Under the pieces are notes generated by a model. That model was not told where the DNA came from and did not search any database. It saw only the letters and a list, made by a program, of their open reading frames with translations. The translations under genes were made by a program, and so were the position numbers. From an uncultured Chlorobiota bacterium (GTDB taxonomy: Bacteria > Bacteroidota > Bacteroidia > Bacteroidales > JAADGE01), in the NCBI GenBank assembly GCA_947311445.1, contig CAMZKV010000007.1, forward strand, positions 1-57,668: a stretch of DNA of 57,668 nt, written 5' to 3'. Shown here in pieces: positions 40,371 through 49,762 of this stretch (positions within the stretch are counted from its first letter, which is position 1; each line of letters opens with the position of its first letter).

Positions 40371-41525
40371 ATGTTATCTTTCTTAAAACAAAAAATAAAA
40401 AAGGAAAAAAATAACTGCCGATATATTGCTGTAAATGTATCGGTATTTTTGTTTTTGGTATTAGGTTTTATTTTTATTAGTAGTTTTAAACCCAAAGAAA
40501 CACAAAAGTTTTATAACAAACCGCCTAAAACAGAAGATACTATTTATGTTTATGATACAGTTTATTATTATGATACAACATTTGTTTATGATACTGTATT
40601 TTTATCAAAAAAAATAAAAGAATCCAAGAAAATCTTTATTAAAAAGTTGAAAATTGAAAAGTTGGCATTAAAAGACACTAAGTTTAATTTTTTATCTGTT
40701 AAAAATAAAAACTCTCTTCCAATAGGTAAATATATGTTTTCATTTAGCCTGTCTTTTTCTCCAATGTATTTTTCTCACAGCTTTAAATCTAATTATATTT
40801 ACAAAGAAATATCATTAAATAATAAAAAGTCTGTACAAGAAGATTTAAGTGGGTCTTTTGGTTTAGGCATAAATTTTCATAAACCAAGAATTACTTATAG
40901 CTCAGGATTATACTATACAAAATTCAGAGAAAATTTTAATTTTTTGGCAACAGACTATAGAACAGATACAGTTTTAGCATATAGATATTTTACAACAACT
41001 GAAATGAGAATTGATACAGTTCTTATTCAAGATATTGATGCTCTTCCAGAAATTGTTTACTATACATATTATGATACAAACTATGTTTCAAAAATAGACT
41101 CAAACCTTGTTCATAAAATAGATACAACTTTTTATAAATTTAATGATAAATCATTAAATACATATTCATATATTGAAATACCTATTGTTTTAAGCTATAA
41201 TTTTTATTATCCTAATTTTACTTTTTCACCTCAATTTGGAATTATTACAAGTTTTTTTGTAAATTCCAAAGGAAAAATTGTATCTTTGGCTAATCTTAAT
41301 CAAAGTGAATCTTTAGAAAAAGAATCAAGATTTGCTGATATAAATATGTCAATATACGGAGGTGTTAAATTTAACTATTTTTTATCTGCGAGATTTGATT
41401 TCTTTACATCAGCTTATTTCAGAAGAAATATCCATTCTATTTTTAAAGATTATCCAATAAATTCTCAATTTAATACTTTTGGATTAAACTTTGGAATAAG
41501 ATATAAATTATATTTTAATAATTAA
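40371..41525 (+). CDS. Outer membrane beta-barrel protein with DT-repeat linker
   Basis: Hydrophobic N-terminal segment, YIEIPIVLSY, alternating beta strands, C-terminal GLNFGIRYKL. Confidence 0.72.
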   Translation: MLSFLKQKIKKEKNNCRYIAVNVSVFLFLVLGFIFISSFKPKETQKFYNKPPKTEDTIYVYDTVYYYDTTFVYDTVFLSKKIKESKKIFIKKLKIEKLALKDTKFNFLSVKNKNSLPIGKYMFSFSLSFSPMYFSHSFKSNYIYKEISLNNKKSVQEDLSGSFGLGINFHKPRITYSSGLYYTKFRENFNFLATDYRTDTVLAYRYFTTTEMRIDTVLIQDIDALPEIVYYTYYDTNYVSKIDSNLVHKIDTTFYKFNDKSLNTYSYIEIPIVLSYNFYYPNFTFSPQFGIITSFFVNSKGKIVSLANLNQSESLEKESRFADINMSIYGGVKFNYFLSARFDFFTSAYFRRNIHSIFKDYPINSQFNTFGLNFGIRYKLYFNN

Positions 41526-41552
41526 GCTGTAAAATATTCAATATTTTAAAAT

Positions 41553-42539
41553 ATGCAAACTTTGTTCAAAATAATAGTACTAATAACTCTAATGTTTTCG
41601 GAAATATTAAGCTATGGACAAATGTATTCTAATATTGTTACTAATGAAATAAATGAGCGAAATAACGAAGATTATAATACTTTTTCAGGAAATATATTTT
41701 ATGGACAGAAGTTGTTGCAAAAAGGAAAAGTTTATTTAATAGCTAATTCAAAAATGTCATACTCTTCCGAAATTAGTTGTAGTGTGGAAGATGGAAACTA
41801 TATGTTCTCAGATTTAGAATTAGGGAAATACACATTATACGTAATACCGGAATTAGATTTCGATTTTTTATATTATCCAAAATATTTACCTACATATTTC
41901 GGCGGAGCCTATCTTTGGGAAGAAGCAAGTGAGAAAGTTTTCAATAAGAATATAGAAAATATAAATATAAGCCTATATTCTTATAACGAACCATTTTATG
42001 GGCATTGTTCAATTACTGGAAAATTATTTTACAACGAAGGATACAGTAGTAGTATAAACATTCCTGTCCCAATCCTTTTGCTTAACAAAGATAAAGTTCC
42101 AATGGATTTTAGACTAGCAAATGAAAATGACGGAACTTATAATTTTGAATATCTTCCGGAAGGAAAATATTACATTCATCCTGAAATTACAGGTGTGAAA
42201 ACTCATGAATATGAGGTTATTATTAAAGACAATTCTAATAGGCAAAAAATAAATTTCATAATTAGCAAAAAATCAATAAAACCAGTAGAAAACGAAGAGG
42301 TATTAAAGCCCATTGTTGATAATAACACTATAAAAATATTTTTTGATAAAAATCAAAGAACACCTTTAATCTGTGAACTTGTTGATATATCAGGAAAATC
42401 TATTTTAAAAAATGTTTATTTAACTAATAATATAATAATTAACGTGTCCGGGGTAGCAGCAGGAATCTATTTGTTAAGGGTAAGAACTTTTGACAATTCA
42501 ATTGTTAAAACAGCAAAAGTGTATCTGAAAAATAGTTAA
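41553..42539 (+). CDS. Secreted protein with two carboxypeptidase-regulatory-like domains and a probable T9SS type A C-terminal domain
   Basis: Signal peptide; DGNYMF..LELGKY and DGTYNF..LPEGKY; DISGK...AAGIYLLRV...KV. Confidence 0.7.
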   Translation: MQTLFKIIVLITLMFSEILSYGQMYSNIVTNEINERNNEDYNTFSGNIFYGQKLLQKGKVYLIANSKMSYSSEISCSVEDGNYMFSDLELGKYTLYVIPELDFDFLYYPKYLPTYFGGAYLWEEASEKVFNKNIENINISLYSYNEPFYGHCSITGKLFYNEGYSSSINIPVPILLLNKDKVPMDFRLANENDGTYNFEYLPEGKYYIHPEITGVKTHEYEVIIKDNSNRQKINFIISKKSIKPVENEEVLKPIVDNNTIKIFFDKNQRTPLICELVDISGKSILKNVYLTNNIIINVSGVAAGIYLLRVRTFDNSIVKTAKVYLKNS

Positions 42540-42571
42540 ACATAATTATAACAAAACTGAAAAATAATCTT

Positions 42572-43744
42572 ATGAAACAAATATCTTTTATTTCGATATT
42601 ACTCTTTTTAGTACTTTCTATTTCAAGTACTTCTCAAACATATGTTGATATTTCAAATACTAGCACATGCGAACAAGCATATGATATAACAAGATTTACG
42701 ATTTTTGGACCTACAACTGCTCCAATTGAAATGAAATCCGAAAACAGTAATAGTTTTGATCTGGCTAAGCATCCCACATGGTATAAATTTACTGTTCAAA
42801 ATGATGGCATTTTACTTTTTGATATAGTTCCTCAAAACCCAAAAGATAATTATGATTTTATACTTTATAAAGGAAGTCCAAACTTTTGTGAAGATTATAA
42901 ATATAACAGAGTAACTCCGATAAGATCTAATTTTAGCCCTCAAGAAAATATTAAAGGAACCACAGGATTATCTTATAATGGCAATAATAAAGACTATGAA
43001 AAAGGAGTAATGACAAATGAAGGAGATGTTTTTTACTTAGCTCTGAATAATCTATACAAAGATGGCAAAGGGCATACTATTATATTTAAACAGCTTAAAA
43101 CCAGCAAGTTAAGTGGTAGGATTGTAAATGCTAAGAACGATAAGCCGGTTAAAGCAGAAATAAAATGGCGAAACCTAAGAAATAATAATGCATATGTAAC
43201 TTCTCAGACCGAAAAAAAAGGATATTATGAAATTGATATTCTTATAAATAACCAATCTAATACTTTTCCGAAGTATGAATTAAGTGCATATTCTGAAAAC
43301 TATTTTCCTGATTTTAAGCTTTTCTCAACTTCAGAAGCAAATAAGCTAGATAATAAACAGATACATTTTAAATTAGATAAAGTAAAAAAAGGTTATAATA
43401 ACGAAACTCTTGGTGTTATTTATTTCAAACCTAATGATGTAATAATAACTTCTGAATCAGAATATGTAAAAAAGAAACTATTGATGTTTATGAAGTTTAA
43501 TGATAAAGCAGAAATTATACTTCAAGGACATACAAACGGACTATTTCCAAGTACCGATGTTGATTTTGAACTATCAACTAACAGAGCAGAAGTTATACGG
43601 AAGTATTTAGTAGATAATAAAATTTCCACATCAAGAATTGGAATTGAGGGAATGGGAAGTAAGAATGAAATATACCCTATACCGGAAACAGAAGAAGAAG
43701 AAGGATTTAACAGAAGAGTTGAAATAAAAATAGTTAAGTTCTAA
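42572..43744 (+). CDS. OmpA-family peptidoglycan-binding protein with N-terminal beta-sandwich domains
   Basis: Signal peptide; IYFK, LQGHT, LSTNRAEVIR.YL, GMG, NRRVEIKI. Confidence 0.85.
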   Translation: MKQISFISILLFLVLSISSTSQTYVDISNTSTCEQAYDITRFTIFGPTTAPIEMKSENSNSFDLAKHPTWYKFTVQNDGILLFDIVPQNPKDNYDFILYKGSPNFCEDYKYNRVTPIRSNFSPQENIKGTTGLSYNGNNKDYEKGVMTNEGDVFYLALNNLYKDGKGHTIIFKQLKTSKLSGRIVNAKNDKPVKAEIKWRNLRNNNAYVTSQTEKKGYYEIDILINNQSNTFPKYELSAYSENYFPDFKLFSTSEANKLDNKQIHFKLDKVKKGYNNETLGVIYFKPNDVIITSESEYVKKKLLMFMKFNDKAEIILQGHTNGLFPSTDVDFELSTNRAEVIRKYLVDNKISTSRIGIEGMGSKNEIYPIPETEEEEGFNRRVEIKIVKF

Positions 43745-43757
43745 CATATAAAATAGT

Positions 43758-43786
43758 AAAAAAAAGCGGGTTTACCCGCTTTTTTT
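43758..43786. terminator. Intrinsic (potentially bidirectional) terminator ending the ECF operon
   Basis: A8-GCGGGT-tt-ACCCGC-T7. Confidence 0.9.
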
Positions 43787-43898
43787 GTTTTAATTAATAT
43801 TTTTGTATCCAAGGGCATGAATAAAAAGAGTTTTATTCCTGCATCTTAAAAAATACGAATTAATTTTATAATTTCAAATTTTTAACCTTTTTAAACGC

Positions 43899-44026
43899 AT
43901 GAAACACCCACGACAGAGATTTTGACACCCGAGTACATGGACTACTCTGCATACATATTACTTGCAGAAGAAAGCAAGTTTTCCTATGTGCAGAACAACA
44001 CAAATATTATAAATATAGGCGGGTAA
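43899..44026 (+). other. Candidate small ORF: 29 aa from ATG 43937, or 42 aa if one base is missing after ATG 43899
   Basis: Frame 43901-44026 reads ETPTTEILTPEYMDYSAYILLAEESKFSYVQNNTNIINIGG*; TATTTTTG element at 43798-43805. Confidence 0.4.
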
Positions 44027-44067
44027 GCAACTTATTCAACATCAGTTAATTAAACAATTTTAGGCAC

Positions 44068-44847
44068 ATGAAAAAAATAATATTAATATCATTTCTGCTT
44101 TATACAATATCATCATTTTCTCAGAATGACTCTATACCGATAATAAACACAGCATTTAATTCAGGAGAATATTTAAAGTTTAAAGTGAAATACGGAATTA
44201 TTAGCGGAGGATATGCAGAAATGAAAATAGATTTAGAACAAGTAGGTTATGATTGGTATTTTCATGTAAAAGCACTTGCAAAAACATCCGGATTAGTTGG
44301 TAGTGTTGCTAATGTTAGAGACAGATACGAAAGCTATATTGATATATCAACAGGTATGCCATTACAAGCAATTAGAGATATTAATGAAAATTCATATAAA
44401 AGATATAACGAAATAATTTTTGATAGAGATAACAACAAAGTAATAAGCCTAAAATCCGGCGAACATAAAGTACCTGCTGGCACATTAGATATTCTTTCTG
44501 CTTTTTACTATGCAAGAAGGAGTATTTTTAAAAAAGAATTTAAAAAGAATGATATAATAAATCTTACTACTTTCTTTGATGAAAAGCTTTATACAATTAA
44601 AGTAAAATACAAAGAAACTGAAAAAGTCAGAACAAAGTTCGGAAAAATTAGATGTATGAGGTTCGTTCCTGTTTTAGATCAAGAAAGTCCTTTTAAAAAA
44701 GAAAAAGATATGCAAGTTTGGTTTTCTGATGATGGGAATTTTATTCCTGTTAAAATTCGTGTAAAAATTGGTTTCAGTACAATAAAATGTGATTTAAATA
44801 AATACAAAAATCTTAAAAACACATTAGGAAAACCTTTTAATCGTTAG
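44068..44847 (+). CDS. DUF3108 domain exported protein
   Basis: Signal peptide; AFNSGEYLKFKVKYG, VRDRYESY, DILSAFYY, VWFSDD.N.IPV. Confidence 0.88.
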   Translation: MKKIILISFLLYTISSFSQNDSIPIINTAFNSGEYLKFKVKYGIISGGYAEMKIDLEQVGYDWYFHVKALAKTSGLVGSVANVRDRYESYIDISTGMPLQAIRDINENSYKRYNEIIFDRDNNKVISLKSGEHKVPAGTLDILSAFYYARRSIFKKEFKKNDIINLTTFFDEKLYTIKVKYKETEKVRTKFGKIRCMRFVPVLDQESPFKKEKDMQVWFSDDGNFIPVKIRVKIGFSTIKCDLNKYKNLKNTLGKPFNR

Positions 44848-44868
44848 AAAATAAATTAGAATAAGCTG

Positions 44869-45585
44869 TTAAAAGAAGAAACTGCTTAAAACAGGAACAC
44901 GTTTTTCATGCTTAACAACTTTTTTTATTATTTCGGAATTAAGAGTTTCAAACTTATAACCCGCCTCACTATATAAAAGTAATGTTTGGGTTAAAGCATA
45001 AAACATATTGTTCTCAGCTTTAATGTTGTCATGAAAAACTATAACTGAACCCGGTCTAGTAAAATGTTTAACATTTTCTAAGCAGTTTTGCTCAGAAATA
45101 TTTTTATCATAATCTAATGATAAAACATCCCAAAGAACTATATTATAATTTTTAATAATTTCATTCTGTTGTGAATATCTCATTCTACCATGCGGTGGTC
45201 TAAATAAATCTGAGTCAATATATTCCGCAGCTTTTTTAATATTATAAAGATAATTTTTTGTGCTTGTTTTTAGACCTTGAAGATGAGAATATGTATGATT
45301 GCCCGTTACATGACCTTCCGATAAAATTTCTTTATAAATAGAAGGATATTTTTTAACATTTTCCCCAACACAAAAAAAAGTAGCCTTTGCATTAAAGATA
45401 TTTAAAATATCTAAAATTCTTTCTGTAATAATTGGAATAGGACCATCGTCAAAAGTTAAATATATAACCTTTTTATCTGTGTTTACTTTCCAAGTAATAC
45501 TTCCAAATAAGTTTTTAACAACTTGAGGTGGGTGAATTAATAGGTCTGAAAATTTTCTATATTTAGGTCTTAATAAAGTTTCCAA
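44869..45585 (-). CDS. Polysaccharide deacetylase (CE4/NodB family)
   Basis: LTFDDGP, HTYSH, FRPPHG, WDVLS.D, IVFHD. Confidence 0.93.
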   Translation of the reverse strand: METLLRPKYRKFSDLLIHPPQVVKNLFGSITWKVNTDKKVIYLTFDDGPIPIITERILDILNIFNAKATFFCVGENVKKYPSIYKEILSEGHVTGNHTYSHLQGLKTSTKNYLYNIKKAAEYIDSDLFRPPHGRMRYSQQNEIIKNYNIVLWDVLSLDYDKNISEQNCLENVKHFTRPGSVIVFHDNIKAENNMFYALTQTLLLYSEAGYKFETLNSEIIKKVVKHEKRVPVLSSFFF

Positions 45586-45819
45586 AAAGTATAAGTTTTT
45601 CTTTCAAACGCAAAAATAAATAAAATATTTTACAAAAGATTAAGAATTGTTAAATAAATTTAAGAAATTTTAACATTTGAGCTCTCTTAAAACTAAAAAG
45701 TTCAGTTTAAAGGGCTTAGATACTAGAAGATTAATCCTGTTATACTTTATTATTTGTAGTTAATGTTTTTTGTTGTTTTGCATATAACACCCAGAAAAGA
45801 TGAGTATAGACCAAAATAG

Positions 45820-45930
45820 CTAATTTTCGTCTTTTTTCCTATAAATTTTATAAATAATATATGCAAAACCTAATATTATATGAGATAAAACAATAATACC
45901 AATAATTTGCAATAAGTGTAAATCAGACAT
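45820..45930 (-). CDS. Small single-TM membrane protein, 36 aa
   Basis: MSDLHLLQIIGIIVLSHIILGFAYIIYKIYRKKDEN; positive-inside tail; TAATTTTG element at 45947-45940. Confidence 0.55.
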   Translation of the reverse strand: MSDLHLLQIIGIIVLSHIILGFAYIIYKIYRKKDEN

Positions 45931-45990
45931 TTTTTTCTTCAAAATTAAATATTCTTTTAAATTTACATAAAAATACTTTTTAAATCTATA

Positions 45991-48465
45991 ATGCAAAAAG
46001 CACAAAAAACATACGCAAACATAATTATACCTGTTCCCCTTCCAAAATTGTTTACTTATGAAGTGCCTAATAACTTATTCCATGATTGCAAAGCAGGAAA
46101 ACGTGCAATTGTTCAGTTTGGGAATAAAAAAATATATACTGGTATTATTAAAGAAATACATTCACAAAAACCTGAATATCAAACAAAAGAAATCAATTCT
46201 ATTTTAGATGCATATCCTATAATAAATGATTTTCAATTCAAATTTTGGGACTGGATTGCAGAATATTATATGACAACATTAGGAGAGGTATATAAAGCAG
46301 CACTTCCAGCAGGTCTTAAATTAGAAAGTGAAACGAATATTATGCTTAATATAAATGCAAATTATTCAGATATTTCCGAAAAAGAAGAACTTATAATAGG
46401 ACTATTAACAAATGAAAATTCTTTAGCAATTAGTAAAATTGAAAAAGAAACTGATTTTAATTCACTTCCTATTATAAAAAAATTAATTGAAAAAGAAATC
46501 GTTACAGCAGAAGAATATTTAAAGAAAAAATATAAACCTAAATTTGAAGATTATATAAGTTTATCCGATAATTTAAAAAATGAAAAGGAACTTGCAAAAG
46601 TTTTAATCACACTTCAAAAAGCAAAAAAACAAACAGAACTATTGATGGCTTTTATCTATTTAACTAAATATGGAAGTGATAAATTTGAAGGATTGAAACC
46701 TGCTGAATATTTCCTAAAAAAAGATTTGTTGAAACATACAGAAGCCAAACCTGCAAACCTTAAAGCATTATTGGACAAAGGTTTGCTAAAAATTGAACAA
46801 AAAGAAGTTAGCAGACTAATTCATACAAAGTATGAAGACTTTGAAAATAAAAATTTAAATAAATACCAACAAAAATCTCTTACTGAAATTACAGAAAAAT
46901 TTAAAGAAAAAAATGTTGTTTTGTTTCATGGTATAACATCTTCCGGGAAAACTGAAATTTATATAAAACTAATAGAAGAACAATTAAAACAAGGGAAACA
47001 AGTTTTATATCTTCTTCCGGAAATTGCATTAACAGGGCAAATAACTATTCGTCTGGAAAAAATATTTGGTAATAAATTAGGAGTTTACCATTCAAAATTT
47101 AATGATAATGAAAGAGTAGAGGTTTGGAATAATTTACAAAAGGGAGAATATCAAATAATTCTTGGAGTTAGGTCATCAATATTTCTGCCTTTTAATAATT
47201 TGGGTTTAATTATTGTTGATGAAGAACACGAAAATACCTACAAACAATATAATCCTGCTCCAAGATATAATGCAAGAGATTCTTCAATTGTTTTGGCACA
47301 ACTTCATAAAGCAAAAGTTCTTTTGGGTACTGCAACACCGGCAATAGAAAGTTATTTTAATGCAAAAATAGGCAAATTCGCATTAGTTGAACTAGCTCAT
47401 AGATACAAAGATATTAGTTTGCCCAAAATTGAAATAGCAGATACGAAAGAAGCAAAAAGAAAAAAGCAAATGCGGTCTTTGTTTGCACCTGAATTGTTAG
47501 ATGCCATAAAAAAGACACTTGAAAATAAAGAGCAAATAATCCTATTTCAGAATAGAAGAGGTTTTTCTCCATTTACGGAATGCCAAATTTGTGGATATAT
47601 TCCTCGCTGTGAAAACTGCGATGTAAGTCTCACATATCATAAATATAACAATCAGTTGGTTTGTCATTATTGCGGTTTCTCCGAAAGAGCTTCACGCAAG
47701 TGTAAAGCCTGCGAAAGTAATGCAATGGTTACCAGAGGGTTTGGAACACAAAAAATAGAAGATGAAATAAAAGAATTATTTCCAGAAGTTAAAGTTTCCA
47801 GAATGGATACAGACAGCACTGGAAGCCGAAAAAAATATCAAAAAATAATATATGAATTTGAAACCGGAAAAACAAATGTTCTGATTGGAACTCAAATGGT
47901 TTCAAAAGGCTTAGATTTTGATAATGTTGCACTAGTAGGAATTATGAATGCCGATAGTATGCTTAATTTTCCCGATTTCAGAGCATTTGAACGAAGTTAT
48001 CAATTAATGGCACAAGTAAGTGGGCGAGCAGGAAGAAAAAATAAACAAGGAAAAGTAATAATACAAACATCAGACAAAAAACATCTTATAATTAAGAATA
48101 TTATTGATAATGATTATATTGCAATGTTTGAAAGTCAATTAAAAATTAGGAAGCAATATAAATATCCGCCTTATTACAGACTAATTGAAATAAAAATAAA
48201 ACATAAAAAGAAAGAGCTTGTTAATGAAGCGTCTGAATATTTAGCAAAAAATTTAAAATCCATTTTTGGAACTAGAGTTTTAGGACCTGAGTTCCCTGTA
48301 ATTTCATGGATTAAAACTTGGCATATAAAAACAATTCTTATAAAATTAGAAAAGAAAGTTTCGCAAAAAAAAGCAAAAGAATTAATCAGCCATACAATTG
48401 ATAATCTTAAAATGGAAAAAAAATTCAAATCTGTTCAAGTTTTACCAGATGTTGATCCTATGTAA
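45991..48465 (+). CDS. priA: Primosomal protein N' (replication restart helicase)
   Basis: GITSSGKTE, LLPEIAL, VDEEHE, four CxxC pairs, QVSGRAGR, DVDPM terminus. Confidence 0.98.
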   Translation: MQKAQKTYANIIIPVPLPKLFTYEVPNNLFHDCKAGKRAIVQFGNKKIYTGIIKEIHSQKPEYQTKEINSILDAYPIINDFQFKFWDWIAEYYMTTLGEVYKAALPAGLKLESETNIMLNINANYSDISEKEELIIGLLTNENSLAISKIEKETDFNSLPIIKKLIEKEIVTAEEYLKKKYKPKFEDYISLSDNLKNEKELAKVLITLQKAKKQTELLMAFIYLTKYGSDKFEGLKPAEYFLKKDLLKHTEAKPANLKALLDKGLLKIEQKEVSRLIHTKYEDFENKNLNKYQQKSLTEITEKFKEKNVVLFHGITSSGKTEIYIKLIEEQLKQGKQVLYLLPEIALTGQITIRLEKIFGNKLGVYHSKFNDNERVEVWNNLQKGEYQIILGVRSSIFLPFNNLGLIIVDEEHENTYKQYNPAPRYNARDSSIVLAQLHKAKVLLGTATPAIESYFNAKIGKFALVELAHRYKDISLPKIEIADTKEAKRKKQMRSLFAPELLDAIKKTLENKEQIILFQNRRGFSPFTECQICGYIPRCENCDVSLTYHKYNNQLVCHYCGFSERASRKCKACESNAMVTRGFGTQKIEDEIKELFPEVKVSRMDTDSTGSRKKYQKIIYEFETGKTNVLIGTQMVSKGLDFDNVALVGIMNADSMLNFPDFRAFERSYQLMAQVSGRAGRKNKQGKVIIQTSDKKHLIIKNIIDNDYIAMFESQLKIRKQYKYPPYYRLIEIKIKHKKKELVNEASEYLAKNLKSIFGTRVLGPEFPVISWIKTWHIKTILIKLEKKVSQKKAKELISHTIDNLKMEKKFKSVQVLPDVDPM

Positions 48466-48529
48466 TAGTTATTAAACATAAAATTATAGTATTTATAAAA
48501 AATAATAAACTTTATTTAAAATCAAAATT

Positions 48530-49759
48530 ATGAAACAAGTTAGCATTCTAATATTGTCTTTATTCACTATTGCTACAATAAATTGCAAAAAACCAAGCAA
48601 ATCTCTACCTGAAAAAAAAGTTTTTAGCCCAAGAGCAGATTTAACTGATGCAAAAGCCGTTTTTTATACCAATGAAACTTTTACAACGAAAGGAAATTTT
48701 TATAAAATTCTTAATTCAAATGAAATTAAAAGAATAGATTTAATAAATACTGACGGGACTACTATTTATGAAAACCCAAGTGAATCTTTTCTATTTGTAA
48801 AAGAATATATTAATGCAAATGAATTTTTATTAATTGACAATTATAACTCAAAACTTTGGGATAATGAAGGCAAAATTAGTGCAAATGCAGGTTTGAGTGT
48901 TATTGAGAAATCAACAGGTAAGATTTTTGATATTTCAGAAAATATTTCAAATTCTATATCAAGCATCCAAACATACAATAATAATTTTTATTTTTTAGAT
49001 TATGCAAAAATATATAAAATTAATCAAACTTACTCGCAAAGTGAAGAAGTTTCAACATCTAATAATGATGATGTTTCTGAGTATAGAATAAATAATGATG
49101 GTTTTATATTGTATTCTTCAACTTCCAATAATTTTTATTTGAAAAAACCTACCGGTGATATAATTCCGCTTGATACAGAAATTTCAGGTACCATTAAATA
49201 TTTTTGGTTAGGAAATGATAATTCATTTTATATATATAGAACAGGAGTAAATACAAATAATTATATAGATAAAATAGACACAAATAACTCATCTTATACA
49301 ATTACTAATATTATTGAAGGAATTGATTTTTATGGCGGATTTTCTTTATCCTCTGCATTTTATCTAAAAGTAAAATTAAATAATAGAGTATTGTTTATAA
49401 ATAAACTATCAAAAGGTGCAATTTTGTTTTCTGAAACTCTGCAAAATACAGAAAATGCAGCTATTTATTTTCCAGAATACGAAAATGCTTTTGATGTTAA
49501 AAAATCAGTAGACCATTTTTATCTTGCCACTGAAAAAAATATTTTCAAATTTGATTTTGATTTTAATTATGAAGCACTTTTTAATAACAATGAATTTGAA
49601 ATTCATACAATGGCAGTTGATTCTGAAAATAATATTATTTTTAGTGGAAAGAGAATTTCTGATAATAAACTAATAATTGGCACTGTAAGTAGTTCTAACA
49701 ATGTACAAACAATAGACGAAACTTTAGGTAGCTATGCTTTTGGTTTAGAGTTTTTTTAG
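48530..49759 (+). CDS. Hypothetical lipoprotein, beta-rich (possible beta-propeller)
   Basis: Signal peptide ending ATINC-KK; repeated short beta strands; no recognised catalytic motif. Confidence 0.65.
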   Translation: MKQVSILILSLFTIATINCKKPSKSLPEKKVFSPRADLTDAKAVFYTNETFTTKGNFYKILNSNEIKRIDLINTDGTTIYENPSESFLFVKEYINANEFLLIDNYNSKLWDNEGKISANAGLSVIEKSTGKIFDISENISNSISSIQTYNNNFYFLDYAKIYKINQTYSQSEEVSTSNNDDVSEYRINNDGFILYSSTSNNFYLKKPTGDIIPLDTEISGTIKYFWLGNDNSFYIYRTGVNTNNYIDKIDTNNSSYTITNIIEGIDFYGGFSLSSAFYLKVKLNNRVLFINKLSKGAILFSETLQNTENAAIYFPEYENAFDVKKSVDHFYLATEKNIFKFDFDFNYEALFNNNEFEIHTMAVDSENNIIFSGKRISDNKLIIGTVSSSNNVQTIDETLGSYAFGLEFF

Positions 49760-49762
49760 AAG

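Noticed and set aside
43899-44012. Selenoprotein by readthrough of TGA at 43923
   Set aside because: The readthrough peptide has no redox motif or recognisable family and I see no convincing SECIS hairpin after the TGA
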